A DNA stretch of 64,000 nucleotides, taken from Phoronis australis. Taxonomy: Eukaryota > Animalia > Phoronida. Position numbers and translations under genes: made by a program. The DNA is taken from the NCBI GenBank assembly GCA_002633005.1, contig NMRA01000060.1, forward strand, positions 663,752 through 727,751, in the 5' to 3' direction. Shown piece by piece: positions 36,070 through 50,510 of the stretch. Positions within the stretch are counted from its first letter, which is position 1; every line of letters starts with the position of its first letter. The notes beneath the pieces were generated by a model. That model saw only the letters and a program-made list of their open reading frames with translations. It did not search any database and had not been told where the DNA came from.

Positions 36070-37983
36070 GCACAACTCTTTTACTCGTATTTCAGCACAC
36101 GTTCACGACAAGGGGTCACTCTTAGACCTGCACGTGCTGTGCGCGTTACGCGTTTAGGGAATGATTTTGACCTTTCAAGTGCCAAAAATGTACTTTTAAA
36201 ATCATTGTTGGAGTGCAAATGTAGCATACGAATCTCCAACCCCGGATACGAGGTCTGGAAACATAAGGTCACCAGCCCGGAATTTAATAGAAAAAATCTG
36301 TTATACCTTTGTTTATTTTGGCGGTAAGCACCTGCTTTATTAGGGTACAGTTGAGGAAAAGGGTCATTGTGTGAAGGATTGATATACTTTGAAAGGCTGA
36401 GGTTCCGAAGTCTCTGGTACACTGTTTTAGAGTTGTTTCAAAATCCGTTGTTGAAACGCGGGTAGCCGAGTTTCTGGGTCAAATGATGAAGAACTGACAG
36501 AATTTCATCAACCTATTCCAAAATTCGAGGAAACGTCAATGAATTTCTTAGAGGGTTATTTCAGAATCACAAAAAAATCAGTGCACTTTGCTCTTTGAGG
36601 TTCCGGAGATACATGTGCATTTTCTGTAAGTTCAGCCAACATTTAATTTCATTGAAACATAATCGATTTCTTACAATATAAGCTTGTAATTGTCAAAAAA
36701 TCGTCCATGAACCATTAGATACATAAGCATGTAACCCGCAAAACGAATGGCATTTTGCAGGTTACCTGACGAATGTGACATGTTGGGCTGTCACGTTATG
36801 TAGGATCCTAAAAAACAAACCCGATTTGACGGACGTCGAAACATCATACCTTAGAAATAGCTAATCGGATTCATGTGAAAATTCCAGGTACTATGCCTTT
36901 TACACCGCTCTACAAATTGCAGTGTGAAGATCTATCAAAATAGGACTTTTAAGATCTACATGAAAACAACTTATGAAACGAAGGGAGTGGTCATTTAAAG
37001 TACTGTAGCAACGTTTTTGAAATTTCGTCTGTATCAAACAAAATTTGGTCACGACCGTTGTGACTTGCTGTCAGTGTATCTTTATACATGTATTTTTGTA
37101 AACTTTTATAAAAGGACATGGTCACGTGACCCGAATAATGGAGTATTGGTAATAATCTAAAACCAACCTCTACAGGCTTTCTATTTTCAGAAAATATATT
37201 CTTTTAATCACTTAAAACCTATAGTTTTGTAGATATGTGGCTAAATACACAGACTTTTCGATAAGGTCCTACATAATGTTTTCCTACTCCTACATATTCC
37301 TAACTGGACGTTTTTAAGGTGCAGGAATATTGTGAAATAAGTAATTCACAGTGTGGAATTCGTAGGCATTTCACGAATGCATGCGCTCATATACGTGACG
37401 GAGAGTAAGGACGACGGGGCATCTCACACGCGGAGGGTTTGGGAACCTTCCCTCAATCCTTTTCAGAATTTATTCGTATCTCTGTTCAGGCATATTTTAG
37501 CCATTCACGAAGGGAAGTAAATAAAATTTCGAATCGGTGAAAAAAAACAGAACATGTTCAAGTGAAGCAAAGCAATATCAAAAGACACGAGGCCCAAGCA
37601 ACCAAAATGCAAGACTGTATTGATACAGAAAGCATCGACCGCCATCGAATGGATGGAAGTTTTTTAAGAACTTGAAGACCACGATTTGTGAAGAAAGCTT
37701 TGTTAATAAAGAGCGAGTTGTTGGTAGGAGACTCGTACATGTACGTGTTCGTCAAGCCGTTGAGGGCAGGATTTATGATGACCCTATACATTATACATGT
37801 TCGACTGATTAAGGTGTTCAAAGTTTGTGTTCAGCCATACTCACAGACAATGCAGAAAAGAAGTAAATCGATTAAGAAAAATGAGTTGATGTTATTTACT
37901 TTACCAGTCACCCACATTCAGCCTTGGGTCACTATATTATTTTCAGTCTTCAATCTGCAAAGAGAAGAACCACAGGCGTCCAT

Positions 37984-40900
37984 TAGTCCAGTTATTCTAC
38001 GGATGACCCGGAAATAATTGCAAGAGAAGGTTTTATTGCATAAATCGTATCCTCTCACATCACTTAGTGTGAGAAAAAGTCTACCAGAATCGGAGTGGCG
38101 GAAGTTGTTTTTTCAAGATGGCGGACAAAATGGCTGCCAGATTTGCATATGACCATTAAATCTTAAGAGTGGAATGTGATAGAGAAAAAATCCAAAAAGT
38201 TTACGTATCTTTTGTTGGTCAACAAATCCATTGGAAATAGGTTTGCATGGCTGTGGTGACACCGTTCGCCATTTCTAAGATGGTCGCCAAAACTACTTCA
38301 TCTCACACAACTTTGCACGAGCAGATCAGTGTGTCATCTTGATTTAAACATTGCATCATAGGTTTTCTGGGTCGACTAATCCATTGAGACTCATTGTGTT
38401 TGGCTCTAATGATTGCTTCAGCCATTTTCTAAGATGGCCACCAAATAGTTGCTTCGTATAAGAACTTCAGATTCCGGAGACACGCCGTTTCCACAGAGTT
38501 CATATCCTGAGTTTCATAGGTCAAAATGTCCGTTAGAATTACTCGTATTTTGTCTCGCTCTGATGGTTACGACTACCGTTTTCAAGCTTGTTGAACAAAT
38601 AATTACTTATTTGGGTGAAAGCCATCAGGTTAGCCTGGACTGAAGGGGAATTCTCCTGAAAAAATGTGCATTAACGAAAATAACTCTATGCGATTAATTT
38701 AGTGATCTACTATCCACACCAATTGACCGTCTGTGTCACCTCCGGTTTGCTGTAAATACTATTGAATACAGCAACAGTTGAGACAGGAGAAAGGTTTAGC
38801 AAGGTATGTTTATCAAGTTAAACAGTTTATAAGCGCTTGTGCAGTTCCCACTAGGCCTCTCCTTAGTGATGTTACACGTGTGTCCGAAACAGTAATTATC
38901 AGTTTGTCATCAAAATCTATACACATCCAACCAGTGTTTACACAACCTATCTCTTTTAACTTATAATGAATTGCTACAGCTTATATCACTGCATTCTCCA
39001 CATATGAAACCGAGCACGGCAATCCTAACTTCTTGCGAGTACAGCTCTTGGAACTGCTGTTGATCTTGCACGAGCAACTTACTACTTTCAGCAGCTGCTG
39101 CTGGCTGGTCCGTCGTTATGGGAATGTGTTTTCCACCTGCCAGTGCCAGCATCCATCTCCATTCTAGCGGGTCTAGGTCCCTGCCACGGAAACTTGATCA
39201 CTCTTGCTATTGTCCTGGGAGCAAGGAATTTACCTGGTGAAGCTGTTGGTGGTAATGACTGTATTGGGACTGGGGCTAAGCTTGATGACACCTTTTCCAC
39301 AAATCGCCTACATCACAAGTCATCCAAATTTTGAGAGCCAGTACCGCCATAAAGCACAACTCTTTTACCAGCTTCATATATGTCTTGCTTCAGCTGCATA
39401 GGTCTAGTGTATACTCCAGCGTTTTTGCAGAACTCTCGATCACGCAGTTTCATGTATGGAGACCCTTGCCAATACCGAAAAGCCGTGATGTTGTATCGCA
39501 ACCACCTATTGCATGCGCAAATGGCAAAAGCACGGAAGTTTCGGCACCAAGAAACAGTTGTAGTTTCTTGATGTCCCAAAGTCTCTTCTTGTTTTGGTGC
39601 CTCTTGTCAGATTTCATGAATATTGGAAATTGTTGTGAAGTAGCATAGTAACACAAGAGAACCAACAAGTCTGTATCATCTGCAACAAGGGTAGTAGGAA
39701 CTTGTGCTGCATTCTCTACTGCTGTTTCTACAATTAAAACATGTGCGTCATCTTCAGCTTGTAGCACTGTGCACCCAGCATTTTCAGAAGAAGTGAATGA
39801 ATCTTTGTATGCTTTTGCTGTTTGCCAAAAATGTGAACTTCCTCCTTTGACATGATCATCATGTCACCATTGAAGCGAACTACAGGTCCAACCACCCCAC
39901 CCAGCCGTCTTCGAACATGGGAGATATCTTTAGTTGATGGGCCCGAGACCTCCATAACCATCAAAAACAACAGTAGGCTAGGTGTACTTTCTGACGTAGT
40001 TCACGTAAGCTTTACCAACTGACTGAAATGTTGCACGTCTAGGCCATAGAATTCAGTGAATGAGAGAACCGCCATCGATTACATGTATCACTTTTTCTGG
40101 AAATTGGTAATCCTCAAGTAGACCTAGAGTGCATCGGCTAATATTGATTTATTAGCGACTCTGGGACGACAAGATATATCAAAAAGAGAGGGGGAACCAA
40201 CACACAGCTCAAACTTCAAAAGGCTTGATGAACATTTACTTTTGTCTTTTGCAGCTGTCCGTAATCACTGAAAGAGCAGTTGAAGATCCACTTTTGTAAA
40301 ATCACCATTGGCAACATGAACTAGTGAACTTGTCTTTGCCACAACATTGTCTTTTTTCTGAATGTGAGGTCTTTCACATACGACCCCTCTGTAGACAAGA
40401 GAATTGCCTTCCCCGCTTCTCTGGCATTTTCGCCATTGACGCGTGTGCCTGCAGTCACATCAGTGGCGATGTTCTGTAATGTTTCCCTTTCAAATGGGTT
40501 TCTGTTGTGAGGAATTCAATACGGCTGAGGATGTCTTTGTCATCCCCCGACTGTCTTGACTAAGTACACTCTTTATGCTGCTCTCTTGTTTCACAACTCA
40601 AGTTTGTCATACGCCGCATGGCACCATTTATACTTGAGCATGCCGGCAAGGAAAGCAACCACTGTGCACGATGCGTATATCCTACTCCGCAACCTCTAGT
40701 CAAACCTCCTGTTGATGTAATGGTTTCCGTGAGTGTTTGTTCAATTACAAGGCCAGATGACAAGCCTGCTCAGAATCTGTCACTTCGTCTTCTGTCATGG
40801 TGTTGGTTAATAAAAGTGTTGTAGACGGTCTGGATGAGTTGTTGCATCTGCTGCAAGTTTATGCATGCAGATTTTGCATATGAGATGTGACCAGTGTAGT

Positions 40901-42914
40901 ATAAGTGACTTTGTTATTACGGACACACACGGACGACCATCTTACGATTGTAGATCGACGTAGTTCAGTGTTCCCAATAAACCTAGTTTATTCGTATTAT
41001 TCTACAACCAGCAGCTACAAAGTAAGGCAGCATTTCAGAAACTGCTTTTGTGAGGTGAAATTCCCAATCTGACGTTGTTTCTGCTTATAGAAAAAGTCGA
41101 AGGACGTCAACCATCTTCATATACTGTATTTAGAGACTGCTAGACGTCATGCCAGCAATAAGATCATCATACAGCTTCATACCAGCTTACAAATCATCGT
41201 CATCAAGTATTTCAGTGGCCATTGATTCTTCTGAGGAACCATTCTGTCACTGCGAATTCTAAAGGCCTATACTCTGATTCAGTCGTGTTTGAATCTATCA
41301 GTGGCAGTTTGTCGGAAGCCAGAACAGGAAGACACTGCCTGTGCATTGCATGTCCCATTGTATACATCTCTAGTTATGAGATCAGTTGGGATGTCTGAAG
41401 AATCTGTCTCCTCATATCCTGACGAGCCAATGTTTGTGTACAAGCTTTGAATTGCTCCACATCTTAGCACGGAATCTGTGTGTTTTGTTTTGATGGTATT
41501 CGGGACTCCTCAAATTTCTGAAGAACCGGAACTTCTTTTTTCAAATACTGAAGTCATTGGTTCTGGATTGGCGTACTTCATCTGTCAATATTTGGATTGG
41601 GATATTGAACGCTCTGGCTGTTATGATAGCATTCAGTGCTGAGTCTACCAACATATACCTCTTCACTGCTCTATCCACACTTTTTCCATTTACCATAACA
41701 CTGTTTGGTCATACACTGTCTCAAGAACTTGAAGCCTGTTGCCTGACGTTACGTATTCAATAGCCTACATCTCAGAAACTGACTACAGATTACTGTCGTT
41801 TGGTTTGCGGCACTAATTTCCTCTAAAATCAGTTGTCTATATTCATAAAAACATGCATATTAAACCAATTGTGAGTACTAAATGTTAAACATTTAATCAA
41901 TAACTTTTTGTAACACAAATTTATTTACTTTTCATCAAATTCAGGTGAAATCAGCTGCCAAATTCTCCACTCATGTCAGTAGCAGACGATATCTTTGGAT
42001 GGGAACAACTAATAATATCTCCAATAGCAGAGAGCAAAGCCACTTCCTGCCCAAAGTCATTCAGAGTTGGTGTTAGTAAAGAATAGGCCAATAATTCCAC
42101 TAGAATTACATATTTTTCTCTAACAAATATTATTTTTGATACCTCAAATGAATATATTTTACTGAAAAATAATTGTGTGTGAAATTAATTACGAAAATCT
42201 AACCAAAGCCTTTTCTGAAAAACAAGAACTTTTATGTTAAATAATCTAAAATGTGATTAAAATTCCACATTTAGTACCTAAATCTTTAAAACAAACTGAA
42301 TTTTGTAAAGAATCAACTCATTAAGACTGACTTTAGATTGTAAAATGTTTTTGTCTAAACGATTACCAGGTTACAAACAAAGTTTGCAGAACCCACATGC
42401 GGTAAATTGGGGTTATTTGTGAGTTTGCGGCCATTTTGTCATCCATCTTGATTTTTCTCTTCAACCAGTGACCAACTGTAAGGTCCACATATTTTCAATT
42501 GTCTGACTTACAAAAGCATAGAAATTTTGCCATTTTCAGGGCAAAATACAAAAACAAATTTTGCAACATGTACCAAATTGCCGTTTTGGAAGCCATTTTG
42601 TCAGCCATATTGATTTTATTTTATGGAAAATTGGCATTTTTGATTGGTATGCCCGTTATGAAAAGTATATAAGCTATGACAAGCTTTATGGTTTTATTTA
42701 CAGCTGTTGCATAAGAGTAACATGCCAAAAAGCAGTAAACACCGGTTTTGGCGGCCATTTTCCGCCATCTTGAAAAACCGACTTCCGCCACTCAGATTTC
42801 GGTAGGTTTTTTTTCTGGCACTAAGGGATGTTTGAAGGTGCCGTTTAAGCAAAAAACCTTCTGTTGCATTTTTTTCTAGGTTGGGCCCTCTGGAGCCCTA
42901 GAATGACTGAATTA
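37984..42914 (-). mobile_element. Decayed Academ (XPG-nuclease type) DNA transposon, ~4.9 kb, with both TIRs
   Basis: ~170-bp imperfect TIRs (left TAGTCCAGTTATTCTACGG; right reverse complement TAATTCAGTCATTCTAGGG; shared GAGTGGCGGAAGT..TTTTCAAGATGGCGG). CAT TSD at 37981-37983 and 42915-42917. Confidence 0.8.
38961..41800 (-). pseudogene. Academ transposase / XPG-like nuclease / Cys-rich finger pseudogene
   Basis: Fragments LRCGA..., SSGLVIEQTL...GGLTRG, AEDDAHVLIV...VADDTDLLVLL, FAHAIGGCDTTSRLFGIGKG (H3TH-like), QSLPPT and terminal CGECSDISCSN; many stops and frameshifts. Confidence 0.8.
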
Positions 42915-44015
42915 CATCTAGTGTTGAAAACTTGAAATTGGCAAGGTTTGGGGGAGGGGGTTATTTTGTCAAATTTTATATTCAAATATTTCTAATAGAA
43001 ATAGAAAAGTGAAACATAGCAAGCGTTTGACAAATCTCTAGCGGTATATGTGATACTGAGGTTATTTCTGTACTACCTGCTTGGTCCTGTGAATTTGCCG
43101 AAGATTATGTCCTCGATACCGTAGCATAAAGCCAAATTAACCTTTTGATTTATCCAACAAAATAAGGTGGACCAAAAAGATTGCACGCATTTACACGAGC
43201 AATAAAAATGAATAGTTTTGTCTGGTTCTTCCCGCAAAAACTTCCCACATGCGAAACGGCAACTCCAGTTTCCAACAGCAAAGTGTTATTGTTGAGCATT
43301 TTATGGGGGAAATGAATTTGAAACAATTTTAAATACTTAATCATTCGTAAAGCAACAGCACAGCTGTGGACTTTCCCCCCTCAATTCGTCAGCTAAAGAA
43401 GCTTTTAGTTACAAGTGTCGCTTGTTTTGCTTCAAATTTTGTTGTTTTTGTACAATTGGTCAACCAAAGATTTATTAAAAAATATTCCTGGCGTCGGTGA
43501 AAGTAAGATACGAGAAACTATTCTAAAGTAAATGTGCAGTCAAATGTAAACAAAGTTTATGTGACTTTTGAAGTGAATGTAGGCTTTTTAATGAACTGTA
43601 ACAGACTACCACTGGAATGAAGCAGAATTGATGACTTCATAACTGTCATGAAAAGTAATCATATTTTTGGAGTTCTTCGGGCAATGTATAAATCTTTTCA
43701 TCGTTACAAAATAAGTGTTTTTTAATTTGAAATATTATCCACCTCTCCTCGTGAATAATTAACAATGGCCAGCGGGTTGATTTTAAATTTCTAAATCAAT
43801 TTGCTCTTGAAATTTGTACACAAGTTTTCTAGTGTTTTTTCGAAGTATGTATGATTAAGAGCATCCTTTCAAGTGCAATTAGAAGATGTGTACTGCACAA
43901 TGTATGGACTGCAATAAAACTCAGTGCTTATTTTACCAAACGACTGTTATTATTACATATAATCAAGAATTCTTCATATTTATAAAGGCTTTTGAAACCT
44001 GGTGTAGAAAGGTCA

Positions 44016-44879
44016 TCATTCATCATCACTTCCACTATCTGAGCTGCTGCTGTCCGAGTATAAACTCAACGGTGATGAGGCCCGCATGTCGTCCGGCACT
44101 AAAGTCGAGCTGAACGTGTTGGCTGGGATAGATGCACCAATCTCCGGCGCAGGAGAGTAAATGGGTGTTAGCATGTCCGCTTCAGATGATACTGGTGGAA
44201 TTAGATGTTCCATCAATTCAAGAAATCTTGCATCTTTTAAGCAAAAGTTCACTTTGTCAGTTTCAGTTTGTCGATTTGGCAAGGTTGCAAGAGAAAATCG
44301 TCTCGGCCTGGAGGACTCTACCCCATTATTTGTCGGTCGAGATGCAGAGGAAGACGGCTTCTCGGAGTCAAGTGAATGGCTCCTGCTTCGTACTCGACTT
44401 TCTGACTTTCTTCGATCACGAGAATTTAGCAACGCCAGAGTGCCTACTTGTTCGTTAGATACGCTTTCATTGTGTTCGACAGATGATGACAATCTTCCTG
44501 CGATGTTCTGCTGTGGTGTTGTCGAGTGTGTGAGGCTCGCGTGACTTTCGTTGTATGCGTTTGACGGAAAAGCGTCTTTCACAGTCTCTTTGGGCACATT
44601 CTGTATACTTGGAAGTAAACTTACGTGGTTGACATTCTTGGCCGAAAGACTGCGTTGCTTGGCTGACTGTCTGTTGAAGAATACTTTCTTTTCAGACTCG
44701 ATAGTTCGAACTGCCCGTGTGTGGTCTGTTTTAATCTGCTTAATTTTGGAGCTGAGTAGCGTCTGTTCGGTGACATTTTGTCGCAGTAGCACTTTAGTCA
44801 CACATGATTTCGGAACGCCGGGCTTTGTCGACTTTCTGCCGTAGTTTGGAACAATCGTGGGGGGTGTCCGATGACTCAT
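44016..44879 (-). CDS. Uncharacterized 287-aa protein with an N-terminal coiled coil and a Ser-rich disordered body (possibly CCDC190-like)
   Basis: Intact 864-nt ORF in AT-rich DNA; strong acceptor TTTATTTTCCAG ~14 nt upstream of the ATG; RQNVTEQTLL...IESEKKVF helix and LKDARFLELMEHL motif. The family name is a tentative recollection. Confidence 0.72.
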   Translation of the reverse strand: MSHRTPPTIVPNYGRKSTKPGVPKSCVTKVLLRQNVTEQTLLSSKIKQIKTDHTRAVRTIESEKKVFFNRQSAKQRSLSAKNVNHVSLLPSIQNVPKETVKDAFPSNAYNESHASLTHSTTPQQNIAGRLSSSVEHNESVSNEQVGTLALLNSRDRRKSESRVRSRSHSLDSEKPSSSASRPTNNGVESSRPRRFSLATLPNRQTETDKVNFCLKDARFLELMEHLIPPVSSEADMLTPIYSPAPEIGASIPANTFSSTLVPDDMRASSPLSLYSDSSSSDSGSDDE

Positions 44880-45929
44880 AATTTAATGATTTTCTGGAAA
44901 ATAAAATGAAAGAAATGTAGCGGTACAAAATTCACAATGCGCAGCTGTGCCACGCTTTAAAAGAAATAACACTGGTGCTGAACGTTATCTTATTTCAAAA
45001 ATAGAGCTAAGTATAAAAATGATCGCCACCTTACATTTAGTATTTTAGAGAATTGAATTAAACTTACAAAACATGTTAGTGACCCAAGTTAAGACGTTAC
45101 TATAGAATCGAACTTTATATCAAATTCCGTCTCTGGCTGCAGAATATTTATGTACGAAAAAACATGCGTATACTCTGCTCAGTGATGGAGTGCAACATGC
45201 CGAAGTTCCCAAGTCAAAGTTGCGATATGTCAGTTGACCGATACTTCACGTTTTGCTACCCAGCCAATCGGTCCACGAGTTGCGGCCCAGCGCTTCTCAT
45301 TATAATGTAGATAGTTGTTATTGAATGGTTAACTATTTACGTGTTAGTAGACACCGAGGTTTGTTTCCATATATATTGCTTTGTCACCAGAGAACTTGAT
45401 ACACATCCACCCAATCGTCTGCGGCGTTGAATTTGAGAATAACGAGAAGGTGCACTAAATAACTTGTACTTGATAAAACACAAGACGAAAATCGTCTGTT
45501 ACTATAGCGTGAGAGATTTAGAGAGATGAAGGCAGTTGATAAAACAAATCCTCTTATCACCTGAAACACTTGGCTATACGGGGAAGTGGCTTAACTAAGA
45601 ACGTTTTCGACATGGGTTGTCTCGTAAATTTCCTCTGGAAAGATTTAATGCCATTGACTGGTGTGTGGATTTTAGCGTTACAGACGCCGAACCAGTTTTG
45701 TTTTTACTAAAAAATGCAAAACATTTATTGATCGAAGATTAAGAATTTCAAGATATTACACATTTAGGAACAGACTGCAGTGGTGCAACGCGATGCCATT
45801 TTGGGACATAAACTACGCCTATACTTACATGCAAAGAAGAAAAAATAAAGATTGAAAAAGAGACGATACCATGGTAAACATTTGTGCCCGCAGTTTCCAA
45901 TTCCGGGATTAAATCCAGTTTGAATTGGA

Positions 45930-46180
45930 AAACTTGAAATAATGGTGAATGAAGAAGATTTTTCAGTCTGAGTTGAATAATAGATTTTGAGCCGCATCCA
46001 TCTTTCGATTTTCAATTATAGTTTTGATGAAAGTTTGAAACCTGAAATGTAAAATTAGGAAACTTGAAATAATGGTGAATAAAGATTTTTAACTCAGAAT
46101 TCAATCATAAAATTATGAACCGCATCCATGTATCGAATTTCACAATTCGTTTCGATGGAAAATTGAAATCTGGAATGATG
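45930..46180. repeat. Diverged ~130-bp tandem duplication
   Basis: AAACTTGAAATAATGGTGAAT at ~45930 and ~46060; CCGCATCCAT in both units. Confidence 0.75.
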
Positions 46181-49100
46181 AACAACAACAATTGAAAAAT
46201 TGTATTCAATTGCTAACGAAAAATGAAATTTTGACAGCTATTGTACAAGTATTTGTATGCCGTGATTCAATTCCACGATTGTATTGCTTAAATCAACACT
46301 TGTGTGAGTGGTTGAAAGGTTGCACATCATTTTTGCGAGTCGTGGCAGACCGAGTTCATTTTCCTACCAAACTTGCATTTTGGGCTTTGATTTCAGGATT
46401 AGTGGCAACTTATGTACAGTACCCATGAAAAATTAAAACAAAGTGAAACGTTTAAAAAAATCAACGACTTTAAGGCTATAGAGCTTGCGTGTATTACTGT
46501 AGGTTAACGAATAAAGTCACTTGCTGAGCGAGGGCCTTTAAAAATCTGCTGCATACCTGTTAGTCGGACGAAAACAAGCCGACTTGTCAGGCGAGGTCTG
46601 CTGATTGTAATGTATAGCGGATTACTTATTGATAATCTGCTTGATGCTATTTAGTGAGTCATTGATAGATGTCTACACGGAGGAAAATATAGTGTCATGG
46701 CCCTACTTGATAACCTTTGATATGTGATGATGCTACATTTTCGTATGAGCAACTTTGCTTTTCTGAACAACAATCCACTAGTTCACCACACCCGCTGTGT
46801 GCCTACGATATTTTAAAGCACCGTTTCTGAGAATAGGCTATTGAGACCCAGCTCTGCGATGGACTAATAAATGGTCGAGATGCAATCGTTTGACATAATT
46901 TGGTCCCTACAATGCACAATATTATCTAATTAATTTTCTGTTAGTACAAAAGTGGACAATGGGAAAAAACAAACATCTGGTGTCATTCTGTCGTTGCACT
47001 GAAACGCTGTTTTGCCATCGAATACCTCTCACAGATATATGTAATAGGAAACACACACAACCAGGTGAGTAGATGACACACGAGACTTGGACTCAATCTA
47101 GACGCAAACACAAATAGAAACTGTTTTGCTTTTAGGAGAGTTCACGCATGTTTTTGCGTTTTTTTCGGAATGTCTCTGCGAAAACAAACCCAGCAAATCA
47201 ATAATTTCTGCGTTCATGCTGCAACGATCTGCAACGTGGACGTTTCGGATAGAGGAATTACGTCATATGCACGACAGACTGTGACCGGAAGAGTTGCTGT
47301 CCCGATCCTTACTTCCAGCGCGATCTGCAGAGATCACTTCATTTTAGTGGTATTTCAAGCCATTTATACGAGTTACCAAGTAGTATTTATCCAAGGTCAT
47401 CTATCTGCAGCTCATGGAGAAGACAACTCGGTGTCTGTGTGGCACTTCCTGGATTCTTGATTAGATGACTCGTTTCCCGCAATTAGATGCTCTTAGTCAT
47501 GGAGGATGCACACTCATCGGTTTTCGCTATCCTATTATACAGTGTTGAGTTCCGCAGATCATAAGACGTCAGCTCACAAAGTTTGCGGAAACAAATCTGC
47601 AAATGTGCATTGATTATGCTTGTCACGTGGTACCGTTAGTCCATAGCGCCGGTGCTTTATGATCTACTTCCTGCTCTCGGTCTGTTTAGGCATTGTAGTC
47701 TTTGTCCATTAGCACCACCTGGTGAATATATAGTGTCCAGATTAGTTCCTACCTGTTAATGATGCCCACCTATTCCAGTGGGACACGCCCACGCGAGCAC
47801 AGACAGTCGCGTCGCTGGAGTGCATTCAGTGGACTACGTATCTTGTGAGAAAGAGAGATCACACACGACTGCGCAAACTGGCGTATTGCTAAATGAAAGG
47901 CGAATTTTTCACGAGCTGCTCAACTGAGACCTTTGCTAGCGTAACGAAGGGAAAATGGTCACTATAGTGATTGGTCAGATAGATCGGAATTTCTTAATTA
48001 TGGAATAGAATTCATAAATGACAGTATGATCTAATTATGTTCTATAAGTGAAGATAATTCACAATACGTGCAATCGAATGTATTGGGTCTACGTGGAACG
48101 CAACCCAGGTTTGAAGTGAGTAAAAAGAAAGACGCGCATCACCCTTGTTGACCACTCCCACATGTGGTTTTGTTTGAACAAAAGTGAGCAACTAAAAATA
48201 ACCGCAACACATAATCATCTCCGAAGTGTGCATTATACTCCTCATCGGATCTCACAACTTCTTTACTAGTCGCAATATGAGGCCGAAAACAGTTATAGCA
48301 GTCCCAAAACTTTACCAGGCAGGGCTTTCTTTGGGAATCCCTATAACTGCAGTAACCGAGTTAACGCAAACCCTACAGACTCTCAAGGGCCAGTGTAAAG
48401 CAGGTGTGAAGAGAATGTAAATAAATCACGAAGGTTTGCTTTTACCCCTGTGATTGTAACTTTTTCTTCCTTAATTCACTTTAGGCAGGTCTTTACATTT
48501 AACTTTTCATTTCGCTCTCCTTACAAAATTCATCAGCATAAATTAACAATCTCTTGAAGTAGCTTCTTTCTCTGTATAGCCTAGTAGTGCATTTTAATGA
48601 AGCAATTGCGATTCAACTATTGTACATTTAAGTTTATCAGGTCTGGTCGCCGGCTTGTGTTCCTTAAAAATGAATATTTACTGTACGTTTTCAACTACTA
48701 GATGCTATTTTCACGCAATATGAAGTTGAGTTCTTCAAGGTGCTTCTTTATAGTCATATGTCATCTTCCACCTCTAAACTACATTAAAATTTGAAGTTCT
48801 TTACAAATAAGAATGTTTATGCTAGGTGTCGCTAGCTGGTTTTATGTCAAAACATGATGACTCGTATAATCCTCCCACTGTGAATATCTTTGTCATACAG
48901 TTAAGGAATATTTGCCAAACCAACACGAGGAAAAAATACAAATTCGATTGCTTAAGTAAGTTTAAAACCTCTGGGGTGAAGCGTCAGTATTTGCCGACGC
49001 CGCCTCCGCCTCGAAGGCGTGTTCAATTTGAAATTTACTCTCTTTTTCAGTGTGTTGTTTTTCACACTTTTCATCAATACAGCAACGATCAAATCGTATT

Positions 49101-50075
49101 ACGAATAACAAATTTTACATCACTCACCTCAACCGCGTCCCGTACGTCGTATTTTAATTAGTTTCATGGACAACCCAAGCCTGTCTGGTTTACTTTATGA
49201 ATGCTAAAACTCAAGTGGGCTTCAGTCTCCCGCGATGTTTAACTTCGGCCATGCTAAACAAATAACTACCGTCGTCGATTTAATAACATTTTCAATTAAA
49301 CTTATACTCATGAAAGTATATGTGTATGTACACAGAGTGAGGTGTTTAAACGTTGTTCGATGAAACTGACACCTCAGTACAAATACTTGTCGTAGTGACA
49401 CAGTCGATAGAATAAGATGACATGAAAGCCAGAATACCTGTCAAAACGGACACAAATAGAGAGGAAATTTTTTATGTTTATTCTTTTTAAAGATAATTGT
49501 GTCAGGCCAAATTAGCTTCTTGTCCGTTCCCATTTGTAACTGACATAATCAGTACATTGAACAGGGTTAACTTATTTTTTCTGCCATATTGAATAGCCGG
49601 GAGCAAAGTTTACTGTCGGTATTGTGAAGGAAAACGACAATTTTGACTGACATCATGTCGAACTTCAATATGCGAACTCTTTAAAAGTCCAAAAATCAGT
49701 TACAAATCCGACGTGTCCAGTTTTATTTACATGATTGTGAAAAACATGCGACGCCTTGTCACCGTTGGGACCAGTCGTGCAGTATCATGTCTTAAGCAGT
49801 CTACAGGTTGTAATATCTAATCATCAGACACTCTGAAGGTGATCACAACTGTTATGGACGTTAATCAAACACTGCAGCAGTTTACAAACAACAGCGCCCC
49901 TAGCTGAGAACTAATTTGTCATTTACGTACATCACAATGTGACATTCAGACATCAATCCCCAGAAACAAAACAATTAGTAGGCATGTTATTCCCAACAGA
50001 AGTGAGTCAGTTCACAAAATCTTTATCTCATTTCTTTGACTTTCAAGATAATAATATATGTTTACTGATCCGGAA

Positions 50076-50510
50076 GGGCGATTTGCTGTGCGTGAACTTG
50101 GAATCTTAAGTTGCTTAATCTCAATGAGATCGCGTATGAGTGATCTTGAAATTGAATATTCATTTGGGCAATCAGGTGAATTTTTTGTTCATTGTAAAGA
50201 AGTTTTGTAATAATTGGACTCATGATCGCCCATCATCTCCTTTAGCCTAACTTGTGTCAAAGAATCGGAGGAATATGTGAATGGTTAAATCAATTATTGT
50301 TTGGTACATACATGTAAGATCGCCATTAATTGAAAAAATATTGGTTAAAATTTGCGTTACATGTAATTTGACTTAGTGTAGTGCAAATTTTTATCAACGT
50401 GAGCATGATTATTTGAGTAAACTTGTCAAGTTTCCGCGTATTTTCCAAGTTCACGCATACGCGATCTTGAGATTAAGCATGATTCCAAGTTCACGCACAG
50501 TAGATTGTCC
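50076..50510. mobile_element. MITE with ~70-bp TIRs
   Basis: CTGTGCGTGAACTTGGAATC..GCTTAATCTCAA..GATCGCGTATG mirrored by CATACGCGATCTTGAGATTAAGCATGATTCCAAGTTCACGCACAG. Confidence 0.8.

Noticed and set aside
44132-44844. Several plus-strand ORFs
   Set aside because: Antisense shadows of the 287-aa minus-strand ORF.
47170-47460. 96-aa plus-strand ORF after an apparent short intron
   Set aside because: No recognisable domain; could be UTR or non-coding sequence, so support is insufficient.
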